From the NCBI GenBank assembly GCA_964595195.1, contig CAZQPM010000001.1, forward strand, positions 1 through 45,402: a stretch of DNA of 45,402 nt, written 5' to 3'. Below, piece by piece: positions 1 to 9,592 of this stretch. This stretch comes from an uncultured Burkholderiales bacterium (GTDB lineage Bacteria; Vulcanimicrobiota; Xenobia; Xenobiales; Xenobiaceae). How positions within the stretch are numbered: the stretch's first letter is position 1; every line of letters starts with the position of its first letter. Under the pieces are notes generated by a model that saw only the letters and a list, made by a program, of their open reading frames with translations, made no database searches and was not told the origin of the DNA. The position numbers and the translations under genes were made by a program.

Positions 1-58
1 GGGGGGGGGGGGGGGCGGGGGGGGCGCGGTGGGGGGGCCCTGGGGGGGGCGCGGGCCC
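1..58. other. Poly-G / G-rich run at the window edge, probably a sequencing or assembly artefact
   Basis: The first ~58 nt are almost pure G (15 G, then GGGG/GGGGGGG blocks separated by single C or T). This is typical of two-colour-chemistry poly-G tails at contig ends. It merges into the open reading frame of the minus-strand VWA gene. Confidence 0.6.
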
Positions 59-2694
59 TGCTGGCGGCGCAACAGGGCCTGAAGGGGGGGGTCCGCCGGG
101 GCCCGGGTGGTGTCCGGGGAACGTCGGGTCGGGCGCCAGGCCTGCCACCACCCCTCGGGCAGGAAGACCCGGCGCAGGGCCACGTCCACGGGAAGCAGCA
201 GCAGGGCCAGGGCCACCAGCCAGTTCCACACCTCGCGGGAGACCTCCAGGGGTCGGGTCGGGACCTGGAAGACGGTCTCGGGAGGCGGTTCGGCCCGGCC
301 GGCCCCCGCCTCGGCCAGGCGGGCCGTGAAGTCGGGATCCGGCTGTAATCGGGCCAGTTCCGGGGCGTAGGGGACGCTCCAGGTGGCGACGCTGGCCTCG
401 CCGGTCTCGGGATCGGCGACCCGCACCAGCCAGGCCCCCGGGTCGCTGACCTCCAGGTCGGCCTCCAGGCGGCCGGGCCCGGTCTGGACCAGGTCCAGTC
501 CCTGACCCCGCCCGTCGGGGCCCAAGGCCTGACCGTGCAGGACCATGGGCGATTCCGGATCCTCGGCCTGGACCACCACGCGGGGGGTCCCCGAGGGGCC
601 CTCCTCGACGCGGGTCTGGAAGGGCGCCGTCGCGCCCTGGTCGGCGACCCAGCGCATCCCCTGGGCCAGCAGCGGCGCCAGGAGCCCCGCCTCCACCCAG
701 GACCGCGCCCAGCGCCGGCCGTCGTCGCTGGTCCAGGCCAGCGTCCGGCCCAGGCCGGCGTGGCCCACGGCCAGCAGGGGGTCGCCCTCGGGGGTCAGCA
801 GCAGCCCCAGGGAGGGCGCCGGCCTCAGGGCGGAAAGGTTGTGCCCCAAGAGGCTCGGGGCGGCTCGGACGTCCAGGCCCCGGCGCACGGGGTGCGACGT
901 TCCCGGTCGGGCGTCGAAGGCCTCCTCCGAGAAGGCCAGGCGCGACGCCAGCACCGTCTCGCGGGTGAAGATTCGCGGCAGCATGGTCGCCTGATTGGCC
1001 AGATACGAGCGCCCCCCGGTCTTCTCGGCCAGGTCGCGCAGGAAGTTCATGTCGGCGTCCCCTCCCACCGCGACGGTGGTCAGGGTGATGCGCCCGGCCC
1101 TGGCCCGAGCCGCCAGCGCTTCGAAGTCGCCCGGCGCGGTCCGGCCGTCGGACAGGATGATGGCGTGCTTGAGGGGCACCTGCAGCGGTTCCAGGGCGCC
1201 CAGCGCCGCAGCCAGGGCGGGGTAGAGGTCCGTGCCCCCGCCCGCCCGCAGGGTGGCCAGCTCCTCGGCGGCTCGTCCCGGGTTCTCGTGCGGCCTCATG
1301 GGCACCACCCAGCGGGCTGCCGAGTCGAAGGCCACGGCTCCCAGGTGGTCGTGGCGGGTCAGCAGCGCAGCGGCCGCCAGGGCCGCCTCGCGGGCCCGGG
1401 CCAAGCGGGTCACCGAGCCCTCGGCCTCCGCCATGCTCCCCGACTTGTCCAGGACCAGGGCCAGGGCCAGGATGGCTCCGCGCCGGGACTTCCGGATGTC
1501 CATGTCGACGGGCAGCACCGCCTCCAGGGGGGTGCGGAACCAGCCCCCCGCACCGAAGGAAGAGGGGCCTCCCAACATCGCGAAGCCCACTCCGACCTGG
1601 GTGACCAGCGCCCGCAGGGTCTCCATCCGGGCCTCGGGCACCTGCAGCGCCGAGACGTCCGAGAAGACGACGGCGCCGTAGCCGGCATACTCGGCCGCGC
1701 CGCGGGGCAGGGCCCCGGTTCCCGCGACCTGCACCTCGAAGCCGTGCCGGCGCAGCAGGTCCGGCAGGGGACCGGGCGGGGCTCCCTCGGTGGTGACGAA
1801 GAGCAGGCGCGGTCGGCCGCGGACCAGGGCCACCGCCTCCGCCCGGTTGTTGCCCGGGTGCAGGTCGCCCTCCGCCTGGATGCGGGCTTCGTAGCGCACG
1901 GCCCCCCCCCGGTCCAGGCGTTGGGGGAACAGCAGGACGTTGGGGCCCGGTTCCAGGCGGACGCGGCGGCGAGCGATCTCGCGATCGGCGGCCGTCAGCA
2001 GCAAAAGAGCTTCCTGGGCCTGCTCGGCCCGGACGGTGATGCGCACGTCGAAGGGCTGGCCCGGGGCCGGCTGGCTGGGAATCTCGACCGACTGGACCAG
2101 CACCTCGCGTCCGGGTCTGGCAGGCGTGGTGGCAGCCCAGACCTCGGTGCCTGCGGCCGCTGCCAGACGGGCCTCGGTCAGGGCCTGACCGTCCGTAGGC
2201 CTCCCATCCGAGAGCACCACGATGCGCCGGGAGGAGTCCGCCGGGAACGTGGCCTGGGCCAGGCGCAGGGCTCCGGCCAGATCCGTGGCCTGGGGGTCGA
2301 TCACGGAGGCCAGACGGTCCGGCCCCCGTCCACGGGCCGGTGCCACCGAGCGTTCGACCACGCAGTCCCGGCCGAAGACCACCAGGCCGTGCTGGTCGCG
2401 GGGAGGGATGCTGTGAAGCGCCTGCGACAGCCACTGCATCTGCCACTCGCGGGCCGGGTCTGCGATCGAGAGCGACCGGTCCACCACGAAGACCACGGAC
2501 AGGTGGTCGGCCGGGGCTACCAGGCGCAGGTCCGACAGGGCCAGGACCAGGAGGATCAGCAGGGATGTGCGGACCGCCAGGGAGAGACGGGCCCGGCCGC
2601 GGGGCAGGCCCTGGCGGGAGGTCCGCCAGGCCCGCAGCATGGGGATCTCCAGCAGGGCCAGCAGCAGCGCTTCGGGGCGGGCCAGGCGGATCAC
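1..2694 (-). CDS. Large VWA-domain membrane protein (BatA-type N-terminal TM, two VWA/MIDAS domains flanking a GATase1-like region, C-terminal TM). The 3' end runs off the window.
   Basis: Absent from the ORF track because it has no stop inside the window. The reverse frame is open from GTG at 2694 to base 1. Translation begins VIRLARPEALLLALLEIPMLRAW. First MIDAS is VVFVVDRSLS, second is LVLDKSGSM. A GATase1-like stretch reads LLFVTTEG...GYGAVVFSDVSAL. Terminal TM is VWNWLVALALLLLPVDVALRR. GC3 is high throughout. The start codon is uncertain. Confidence 0.75.
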   Translation of the reverse strand, partial: MIRLARPEALLLALLEIPMLRAWRTSRQGLPRGRARLSLAVRTSLLILLVLALSDLRLVAPADHLSVVFVVDRSLSIADPAREWQMQWLSQALHSIPPRDQHGLVVFGRDCVVERSVAPARGRGPDRLASVIDPQATDLAGALRLAQATFPADSSRRIVVLSDGRPTDGQALTEARLAAAAGTEVWAATTPARPGREVLVQSVEIPSQPAPGQPFDVRITVRAEQAQEALLLLTAADREIARRRVRLEPGPNVLLFPQRLDRGGAVRYEARIQAEGDLHPGNNRAEAVALVRGRPRLLFVTTEGAPPGPLPDLLRRHGFEVQVAGTGALPRGAAEYAGYGAVVFSDVSALQVPEARMETLRALVTQVGVGFAMLGGPSSFGAGGWFRTPLEAVLPVDMDIRKSRRGAILALALVLDKSGSMAEAEGSVTRLARAREAALAAAALLTRHDHLGAVAFDSAARWVVPMRPHENPGRAAEELATLRAGGGTDLYPALAAALGALEPLQVPLKHAIILSDGRTAPGDFEALAARARAGRITLTTVAVGGDADMNFLRDLAEKTGGRSYLANQATMLPRIFTRETVLASRLAFSEEAFDARPGTSHPVRRGLDVRAAPSLLGHNLSALRPAPSLGLLLTPEGDPLLAVGHAGLGRTLAWTSDDGRRWARSWVEAGLLAPLLAQGMRWVADQGATAPFQTRVEEGPSGTPRVVVQAEDPESPMVLHGQALGPDGRGQGLDLVQTGPGRLEADLEVSDPGAWLVRVADPETGEASVATWSVPYAPELARLQPDPDFTARLAEAGAGRAEPPPETVFQVPTRPLEVSREVWNWLVALALLLLPVDVALRRVFLPEGWWQAWRPTRRSPDTTRAPADPPLQALLRRQQGPRPPQGPPTAPPPPPPPP

Positions 2695-2716
2695 GGGAGA
2701 CCCCGGGGGGCGGCGC

Positions 2717-4507
2717 TCATGGTCGCCTCCAATGGTAGAGCAGCCATTCGACCAAAAGCAGGACCAGGCCACCTGCGGTCACCCAGGGCCAGACCTCGAG
2801 GCCGCCGGACGCCTCGGAGTCGGAGGAGGGTGGATCGGGCGCAGGGTCGGTGGTCGAGAAGGGGAGCCCGGTGGACAGGTCGGATTCCCGTTCATCCAGC
2901 ATGTTCATGGCGACGGGCCAGTCCCTCCCCTCCGCCTGGATCCGGTACAGGCCGGCCTGGCCCGGGTCGGCCAGGAGCGCGGTGCCCCGACTGGGCTCCA
3001 GGGTGCTCCAACTCCCGTCTGGAAGTTGCACGCGCACCTTGTTCAGGGTGCGGATTGCCAGAGGTTCACCCGGGACCGCCTCCGTGGCTACCGGCCCCCG
3101 GCCGGACCCGGGAAGTCCCTCCACCAGGTTGGCGAACAGCAGGGGCAGGGCCGCCGACAGCGGCAACTCCGAGCGGTACAGGTCGAAGGCAAAGATCAGG
3201 GCCGTGGCCGGGCCCTGGCGGAATCGGACCAGGGCGGGGTGGGGGCCGGCGCGGGCCACGACCTCGGCACCCGCAGGCAGATCCAGCAGTTGGACCCCGG
3301 CCACCGCCAGGTCATCCAGGGGGACTCCCCGGGCCAGGGGGGCCTCCTCGGCCAGCAGGGCGAAGGGCCCCTCCTTCAGGCCTCCTCCTCTGAGGGGCCC
3401 GGGGACGACCAGCAGGATGTGGTTCCCCGCCGGCAGGGGCCAGGGGGGCTCCTCCTCCCACAGGACCAGGTCCGCGCCCCGGGCCTGGGCCGCTCGCTCC
3501 AGGCGCACCCCGGGCACCGCGGCCAGAGCCCGTTCGGCAAAGAGGTTTCCCGGGCCCACCACCCGTCCCGCGATGGCCTCGGACCGGGGAAGGACCGTCC
3601 AGGCGCGGTCGTCGCAGGTCAGGGCGTCGCCACCGACCAGGCGGGCCTCGACCAGGGGGGAACCCGTGGCCGTCAGGGTGAACCGCGCCGTCTCCCGGCC
3701 TCCCGCGGGCAGACCGATCCTGCGGGAGGCCAGCAGCAAGCCACCGCGACGCAGTTCCAGTTCGCGTTGCTGGGGCTGGTTCCCATAGTTGCGGACGCCG
3801 ACCACCAGGGGAAGGGTGCCGCTGGGGCTGCGGGCGGCGCGCAGGGCCACCAGACCCACGTTCGCAGGCGCCGCGGACCCTCCGCAATCCAGGAAGCGCA
3901 GCCGGGAGGGCAGGGGAGGCGGGGGGGGGCGGTCTCCCAGGAGGAAGGCCTCGGCCCGCGGCCGGGAAGCCAGGAGCGAGGCCGCCAGGGCCAGGCCGGC
4001 CCGGCCATCGCCGGCGACCTCGCGACACCTCAGCCTCTGCAGGACTGCCAGGGCCGAAGACCGATCCCGGCTGAAGGGGACCAGGATCCGGGCGGTGCGG
4101 TCATGCGAAGCCAGCAGGACCTGGGTGCCAGGAGGGCACCCGCGGAGCAGGTGCCGGGCCTGGGAACGAGCCTTCTCGAAGCGCGTCGAGCCGTCCACGC
4201 TGGCGCCCATGGACGCCGAGGTGTCGATCAGGATGGCCAGTTCGGCGGCCGAAGAGTTGGGAACCGGCAGCCAGGGTCGGGCCAGGGCCAGGGCCAGCAG
4301 GGCTGCCACAAGCAGTTGCAGGAACAGCAGGAGGTGGGCCCGCAGACGCCGGGAGAAGGAATCTACCCGAGCCTCGCGGGCCGCCCGCTCCCACAGGAAG
4401 CCCGCCGAGATCCGCACCTCCGGGCGGCGCCGCTTCATCAGCCACAGCAGGACCAGGATGGGCAGCAGGACCAGCCAGGCCAGGGCCTCAGGGGACAGGA
4501 GGCTCAC
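2717..4507 (-). CDS. BatA-like VWA domain protein (aerotolerance-regulator-type N-terminal TM plus VWA)
   Basis: In frame with track ORF 2717..4624. The GTG at 4507 overlaps the upstream stop (GTGA). N-terminus is VSLLSPEALAWLVLLPILVLLWLMKRRRP (BatA_N pattern), followed by the VWA/MIDAS motif AILIDTSASMG. Confidence 0.75.
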   Translation of the reverse strand: MSLLSPEALAWLVLLPILVLLWLMKRRRPEVRISAGFLWERAAREARVDSFSRRLRAHLLLFLQLLVAALLALALARPWLPVPNSSAAELAILIDTSASMGASVDGSTRFEKARSQARHLLRGCPPGTQVLLASHDRTARILVPFSRDRSSALAVLQRLRCREVAGDGRAGLALAASLLASRPRAEAFLLGDRPPPPPLPSRLRFLDCGGSAAPANVGLVALRAARSPSGTLPLVVGVRNYGNQPQQRELELRRGGLLLASRRIGLPAGGRETARFTLTATGSPLVEARLVGGDALTCDDRAWTVLPRSEAIAGRVVGPGNLFAERALAAVPGVRLERAAQARGADLVLWEEEPPWPLPAGNHILLVVPGPLRGGGLKEGPFALLAEEAPLARGVPLDDLAVAGVQLLDLPAGAEVVARAGPHPALVRFRQGPATALIFAFDLYRSELPLSAALPLLFANLVEGLPGSGRGPVATEAVPGEPLAIRTLNKVRVQLPDGSWSTLEPSRGTALLADPGQAGLYRIQAEGRDWPVAMNMLDERESDLSTGLPFSTTDPAPDPPSSDSEASGGLEVWPWVTAGGLVLLLVEWLLYHWRRP

Positions 4508-5400
4508 TGCACCACCCCCCCCCGCCGCAGCAGTTGGAGTATCGTCTCGCGGGTCGGGTCGTCGCTGCGGAACCGCAAACAGGCGCACCCATGCCGCAGG
4601 CACCAGGTCTCCAGGTCCCGGCACAGGTCGTCCAGGGCCTTCCGGTAGGCGTCCACCAGGCGGGTGTCCAGGGTCACCTCGCGGGCCTGACCGGTCTCGG
4701 AATCCACCAGGCGCAGGTCACCTCCCGGCCCGGGGGCCAGTTCACCCGGGTCCAGGACCTGGGCCACCAGGACCTCCTCGCGGCGCTGACGCAGGGCCAG
4801 CAGACCCTCCACGCCCGCACCTGGTTGCAGGAAATCGGAGATGACCACGACCCTTCCCGGTCGGGGCGAACGGGCCGCAAACTGGCGGAGCGCGGCGCTC
4901 AGGTCGGTGGGGCCCTGAGGGCGGGCCTCCTGGAGGATGCGGAACAGGGAGGGAGCCTGGCTCCGCCCCCGACTGGGAGGTTGCCAGTGCACCAATCGGT
5001 CGCTGATCAGGCCCACGGACACGCGGTTCAGCCCACACAGGCCCAGATAGGCCAGGGCCGCGGCCAGGCGTCGCGCCTGCTGGAACTTGGAGACTTGCGC
5101 CGGGCCGGTCGGGCCACCGGCCTCCATCGAGGAGGAACAATCCACCAGGACCGACAGGGTGCTCTCCCTCTCCTCGACGAAGACCTTCAGGAACAGGCGG
5201 TCCAGGCGACCCCAGGCCCGCCAGTCGATCTGCCGGGTGTCATCCCCGGGGCGATACTCCCGATGCTCCGAGAACTCCGAGGATCTCCCCCGACCGGGGC
5301 TGCGATGCTCGCCCGGACCCAGGGCGGTGGGAACCCGTCGCGCCCGCGTGCGCAGGTTCTCCAGCCAGGCCATGAATCCGGGGTCCAGCAGGCTCGGCAC
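4504..5400 (-). CDS. DUF58 domain protein (MoxR/VWA-associated)
   Basis: Track ORF of 298 aa. Carries the DUF58 hallmark SSEFSEHREYRPGDDTRQIDWRAWGR followed by a VWA-like VLVDCSSSM. Confidence 0.85.
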   Translation of the reverse strand: MPSLLDPGFMAWLENLRTRARRVPTALGPGEHRSPGRGRSSEFSEHREYRPGDDTRQIDWRAWGRLDRLFLKVFVEERESTLSVLVDCSSSMEAGGPTGPAQVSKFQQARRLAAALAYLGLCGLNRVSVGLISDRLVHWQPPSRGRSQAPSLFRILQEARPQGPTDLSAALRQFAARSPRPGRVVVISDFLQPGAGVEGLLALRQRREEVLVAQVLDPGELAPGPGGDLRLVDSETGQAREVTLDTRLVDAYRKALDDLCRDLETWCLRHGCACLRFRSDDPTRETILQLLRRGGVVQ

Positions 5401-5406
5401 GGTCCT

Positions 5407-6855
5407 TCAGTCCTGGCGGCGAATCCGCCCGCGGCGCGACCAGGACTGGCGCACCGCCAGCAGGATCCACAGGACGCCGGCAAGCCCCAACCAGGTCACC
5501 AGGCAGGCCGTGGCCAGGTCCAGGGTCAGGTCGCCCAGGGCGACCGGGGGCATCGGGGTCCACAGGGCCCACACGGCGGGCAGGGGTGACAACTGGACGC
5601 CATCCCAGAAGCCCAGGCGCTCGGGATCCGAGGACAGAGGCAGCAGGGGCAGGGCCAGAAGGGCCGGAACCGCGACGTAGTACAGCGCCGCGAAGCGAGG
5701 GCGGCGGCCCGTCAACTGGTGCAGGGCGCGTAGGGACACCGTGACCGCCAGGGTCGTGGCCGCGCCCAGGCCCAAGGTCGTCGCCAGGGCGCGGGTGTCG
5801 CCACCCGAGGCGGCGGGGGCGGCACCCGCCAGGCCCAGTCCCGCGACCAGGGCGACGACCCAGGACCACCACCGGTAGTGCAGGCTGCGCTGGCGCAGGG
5901 CCTCCTCGCGGGGCGAAGCGAAGGGCTGGGGATCCAGGAAGCATCCCGCGCTCAGCAGGGCCACCACCAGGCCCAGGCACCAGAGCGCGGCCAGATCCTC
6001 GCCCTGGGCGGAAGCCTGCTGGTCGGCCATCAAGAGCCCCAGCAACAGGCTGTCCAGGAGGTAGCCCACAAGGAAGATGCGCCCCAGCCAGATCTCGTGC
6101 AGGGCCCGGCGGCGCAGGTGGTTCTGGACCTTGGCGAACAGGAAGCCGCCCAGGAGCAGGCCGTTCCCCAGCAGCACCGTCCACAGGGGAACCTCGATCA
6201 GGCCCGAGCCGACCACCTGCCCCCGCTGCAGCAACTCGAACACCGCGGGGATGGCCCCGGCGCCCAGGAAGAACAACAGGATCAGGGTTCCGTAGGCCTG
6301 GTTGGTGGCATACCCGGTGCGGTGCTCGCGGGCCGAGAAGAACAGGCCCAGCAGGCCGGCCAGGGTGGCCACCAGGGCCAGGATGCCGTAGGAGATCAGC
6401 ACCTCGACCGGAGAGACCCCACCCATCAGGAAGACCACAGCCACCATCGGCATCGAGGAGACCAGCAGCAGGCCCATGTAGGCCAGGGCATAGGCCAGCT
6501 TGCCCGTCACGATCTGGACCGTCCTCAGGCGGGACGCGCACAGCAGTTCCAGGGTCTGGTTCTCCCTTTCGCCGGAGATCTGGCTGCACGTCAGGCTGGG
6601 GGTGATCAGGACGACCATCGCCAACTGGGTCCAGAACAGGATCTGGTGCAGCAGACGTCCGTGCTCGGGCATCTCCAAGAGGTCGCCCGGTTCCGACGCC
6701 GAGAAGAGGAAGGCCGCGGTGCTGGTCCCCAGCACCACCAGGTAGACGGTCTGCAACAGGAAGATCTTGCGTTCGCGCAGGCCGACCCTCAACTCCTTGA
6801 GCAGGAGCGGGTTGTCCAGCAGCAGGTCGGCCATCCGGCGCAGGGCGTTCCCCAT
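5407..6855 (-). CDS. ABC-2 type transporter permease, with a long extra C-terminal membrane region
   Basis: Track ORF of 482 aa. It is polytopic and hydrophobic throughout. The motif ISGERENQTLELL is typical of ABC-2 / NosY-like permeases. It overlaps the upstream ATPase stop by 1 nt. Confidence 0.75.
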   Translation of the reverse strand: MGNALRRMADLLLDNPLLLKELRVGLRERKIFLLQTVYLVVLGTSTAAFLFSASEPGDLLEMPEHGRLLHQILFWTQLAMVVLITPSLTCSQISGERENQTLELLCASRLRTVQIVTGKLAYALAYMGLLLVSSMPMVAVVFLMGGVSPVEVLISYGILALVATLAGLLGLFFSAREHRTGYATNQAYGTLILLFFLGAGAIPAVFELLQRGQVVGSGLIEVPLWTVLLGNGLLLGGFLFAKVQNHLRRRALHEIWLGRIFLVGYLLDSLLLGLLMADQQASAQGEDLAALWCLGLVVALLSAGCFLDPQPFASPREEALRQRSLHYRWWSWVVALVAGLGLAGAAPAASGGDTRALATTLGLGAATTLAVTVSLRALHQLTGRRPRFAALYYVAVPALLALPLLPLSSDPERLGFWDGVQLSPLPAVWALWTPMPPVALGDLTLDLATACLVTWLGLAGVLWILLAVRQSWSRRGRIRRQD

Positions 6856-7781
6856 CAGGACACGACCCCCCGGGTCACCCGCATGAAGACATCCTCCAGG
6901 TCCGTCCGGGCCTCGGCGAACTCCACCAGGCCCAGGCGTAGTTCGGCCACCCTCTCGGCCAGGTCTGCCAGTTGCTCCAGGGAGCCCTCGAAATGGAAGT
7001 GCAGGACCCCGTCCTGGAACCGGACCCGGTTCGCACCTGCGGTGTCCTGGACCAGGGCGCCGGCCCGGTCCGGATCGCGCAGGACCCTCAGGCGCATGGC
7101 CCGGCCCTTCTCGACGGTAGCCAGGATCTCGTCGACCCGCCCGCAGGCCAGCAGGCGCCCCTGCTCCAGGATGCCCACGGTGGTACAGAAGTCGGCCAGC
7201 TCGGGGAGGATGTGGGAGGAGACGAAGAGCGTCTTGCCCATCCGGGTCAATTCGCGCAGCAACTCCTTCAGGTCGATCCGGGCCCGGGGGTCCAGGCCTG
7301 AGGCCGGTTCGTCCAGGACCAGGACCTGGGGATCGTGCAGCAGGGTCCGGGCCAGGCCCAGGCGCTGCCGCATCCCCTTGGAGAGGTGCTCCAGGTTGGC
7401 CTGCCGGCGCGTGCCCAGGTCGGTCAGTTCCAGCACGTCCGCGATGGTCCGTTGCCGGTCGCCTCGGGGGATCCGGTAGGCGGCGGCGAAGAACTCCAGG
7501 TATTCCCAGACCCGCATGCCGTCGTAGACTCCGAAGGAGTCGGGCATGTAGCCCAGGACGCGGCGCACCTCGTCGGCCTGGTCCAGGACCGAGAAGCCGC
7601 CGACCAGGGCCTCGCCCTCGGTGGGCTCCAGCAGCGTGGCCAGGATGCGGATCGTCGTCGTCTTGCCCGCCCCGTTGGGGCCGATGAAGGCGAAGGCTTC
7701 GCCGGCAGGCACCTCCAGGTCCAGGTTCTCCAGGGCCAGGCGCTCGCCATAGCGCTGGGTCAGGTTCCGGCAGCGGATCAT
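6855..7781 (-). CDS. ABC transporter ATP-binding protein
   Basis: ATG at 7781 (MIRCRNLTQRYG) lies within track ORF 6855..8450. Walker A is GPNGAGKTT, signature is LSKGMRQRL, Walker B is LVLDEPASGLD. ATGA overlap with the upstream gene. Confidence 0.9.
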   Translation of the reverse strand: MIRCRNLTQRYGERLALENLDLEVPAGEAFAFIGPNGAGKTTTIRILATLLEPTEGEALVGGFSVLDQADEVRRVLGYMPDSFGVYDGMRVWEYLEFFAAAYRIPRGDRQRTIADVLELTDLGTRRQANLEHLSKGMRQRLGLARTLLHDPQVLVLDEPASGLDPRARIDLKELLRELTRMGKTLFVSSHILPELADFCTTVGILEQGRLLACGRVDEILATVEKGRAMRLRVLRDPDRAGALVQDTAGANRVRFQDGVLHFHFEGSLEQLADLAERVAELRLGLVEFAEARTDLEDVFMRVTRGVVS

Positions 7782-9592
7782 GGCCCGGTCTCCCCTTGCA
7801 CCAGCACCATGTCCAGCGTGGCCTGACGAGCCGCGGACCCCTGCAGCTCCATGGACGTGGCGCCGCCCTTGGACCAGCCGATCAGGTAGGGAAGGGCGGG
7901 GGCCCGGCCCATGGCTTCCAGGGCCCCTTCGACCAGGCGGCGTCGGTCCTCCCGGAAGCGGGCCTCGTGTTGCGAGCCCGTCAGCAGGAATCCGGCCGAG
8001 AGCCCGGCCGAAGGGGTCACGGCGACCCGGGCTCCCGGGGCCAGGTCGAAGGGGAGGCTGGCCTGGGAACCCAGGACCACGCGGCAGTCGGCCAGATCCA
8101 TCCCCGCGTCGTTGGCAACCTGGACCGTTCCGTTGCGGGACTCTACGGTGATCGGTCCGTGCAGCAGCACGGGTCCTCGGGTCTGGAAACGCCTCATGGA
8201 CCACATCCGGAAGGCCAGGTCGCGCCATTGCTGGCCCTGTTCCAGGACCACGGCGCCCTCGGCTTCGCCTCCAGGTCCCGCGCTGCGGTCCTCCCGGACC
8301 CTCAGGTCGGACGGGAAGAGCAGGCTGTAGGTGGTCGTCCGAGGCGAGTACAGGGCCACGGATCCCTGCCAGCAGGCGCTGGCCTGGCCCGAGACCAGCG
8401 TGGTCTGACCGCTCTGCAGCAGCAACACCTCGTCTCCGCGGACCAGCCATCCGGCCAGGAAGGTCAGCAGGGCGAAGCCGCCGGCCACCCCCGGGACCGT
8501 GAGGAAGATCAGCAGCATCCGGTCACGACGGCGCAGGACCATCCAGTTGACGGGACCCACCAAGAAGACGTAGCCCAACAGGGACCAGGCCACCAGGGCC
8601 AGGTCGGGAGGAGCCAGTTCGGGAGGATCCCCCAGCAGGGTCAGATCCTGGGCCGCGCCCGGGAACCGGGCCTCCAGGAGGTCACACTGGTCAGCGAAGC
8701 GGGTGAACAGTTCGCTGGTGGCCCGGCTGCCCAGGAGGTCGCTGGTGGGCAGGGGAGTGGTGACCAGGCCCACCACACCGGCCACCCTGGGCCCCGCCAC
8801 CAGCAGGGGGAGTCCCGCTCGCGAGATCAGGATCTGGCTGCGATCCGGGGCTCCGACGAGCAGAGGCAGCCCCTCGGCGGGAGCCGTCGCGGCCGGGCGC
8901 AGGGGAAGTAGCGTCTCCAGGGGGGAGCCCCGGAACTCGCCGGGGTCGGGCGAGGCGAAGAGCAGCAGGCGGCCTCCCGCGCGCACCCAGTCGGCCAGGG
9001 CCCGCTGGGCCCCGTGGCTCAGACCCAGGCGCGGCAGGTCGTGCAGGACCACCAGGTCCAGGCCGGCCAGGGCTGCCGCCTCCTCCGGGAACCCCTCGGC
9101 GGGAGGGCGGTTCACGGACAGCCCCCTGGCTCTGGGGCCGCCACCCCACTTGCAGGAGGTCAACCAGGCGAAGGCCGAGGCGTCCGGGGAGAGGACGGCC
9201 GTCACCGGGTCCTGGGAGTAGTCCATGTCCAGGTCCAGGTTGCGCCGGGCGATCCGTTCCCGGCCGACCCACGCCGTGACCTCGAACCGGTCACAGCCCG
9301 GCCGTCCGGGGAAAAGCAGCGTCCGGCGCTGGCGTGCTCCCGAGGGCAGGTCCACCCGGCTCTCCCCGCGCATGCCCCCGGCCTCGGGAAGGCCCTGGTC
9401 GCCGACGGCCCGCAGTTCCAGCCGGATCTGGCAGGAGGGGCCCAGATTGGTCAGCATGACCGAGACCGGCACGGGGTCCCCGTAAGTCATGTGGGCGGCG
9501 ACAGGCGTCCGGATGCGCATGTCTACGGCAGGTGCGGCCGAGGCCGGGGTGACCAGCAGCCGCCAGAAGGGCAGCAGGGTCCGACGGGTCAT
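7778..9592 (-). CDS. Uncharacterised 604-aa membrane protein (signal-like N-terminus, Ig-like and GATase1-like regions, two central TMs, beta-rich C-terminus)
   Basis: ATG at 9592 (MTRRTLLPFWRLLVTPASAAPA) overlaps the MoxR stop (ATGA). The segment DLVVLHDLPRLGLSHGAQRALADWVRAGGRLLLFASPDP resembles ThuA / ABC_transp_aux-type GATase1 folds. TMs are LALVAWSLLGYVFLVGPVNWMVL and MLLIFLTVPGVAGGFALLTFLAGWLV. Confidence 0.6.
   Translation of the reverse strand: MTRRTLLPFWRLLVTPASAAPAVDMRIRTPVAAHMTYGDPVPVSVMLTNLGPSCQIRLELRAVGDQGLPEAGGMRGESRVDLPSGARQRRTLLFPGRPGCDRFEVTAWVGRERIARRNLDLDMDYSQDPVTAVLSPDASAFAWLTSCKWGGGPRARGLSVNRPPAEGFPEEAAALAGLDLVVLHDLPRLGLSHGAQRALADWVRAGGRLLLFASPDPGEFRGSPLETLLPLRPAATAPAEGLPLLVGAPDRSQILISRAGLPLLVAGPRVAGVVGLVTTPLPTSDLLGSRATSELFTRFADQCDLLEARFPGAAQDLTLLGDPPELAPPDLALVAWSLLGYVFLVGPVNWMVLRRRDRMLLIFLTVPGVAGGFALLTFLAGWLVRGDEVLLLQSGQTTLVSGQASACWQGSVALYSPRTTTYSLLFPSDLRVREDRSAGPGGEAEGAVVLEQGQQWRDLAFRMWSMRRFQTRGPVLLHGPITVESRNGTVQVANDAGMDLADCRVVLGSQASLPFDLAPGARVAVTPSAGLSAGFLLTGSQHEARFREDRRRLVEGALEAMGRAPALPYLIGWSKGGATSMELQGSAARQATLDMVLVQGETGP

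Noticed and set aside
535-3393. Very long plus-strand ORFs (535..3393 at 952 aa; 2567..4648 at 693 aa) overlapping the VWA genes
   Set aside because: The translations are Arg/Gly/Pro/Gln-rich low complexity with no motifs. They lie antisense to minus-strand genes that have clear VWA/MIDAS and BatA_N motifs and high GC3. These are typical shadow ORFs of a high-GC genome.
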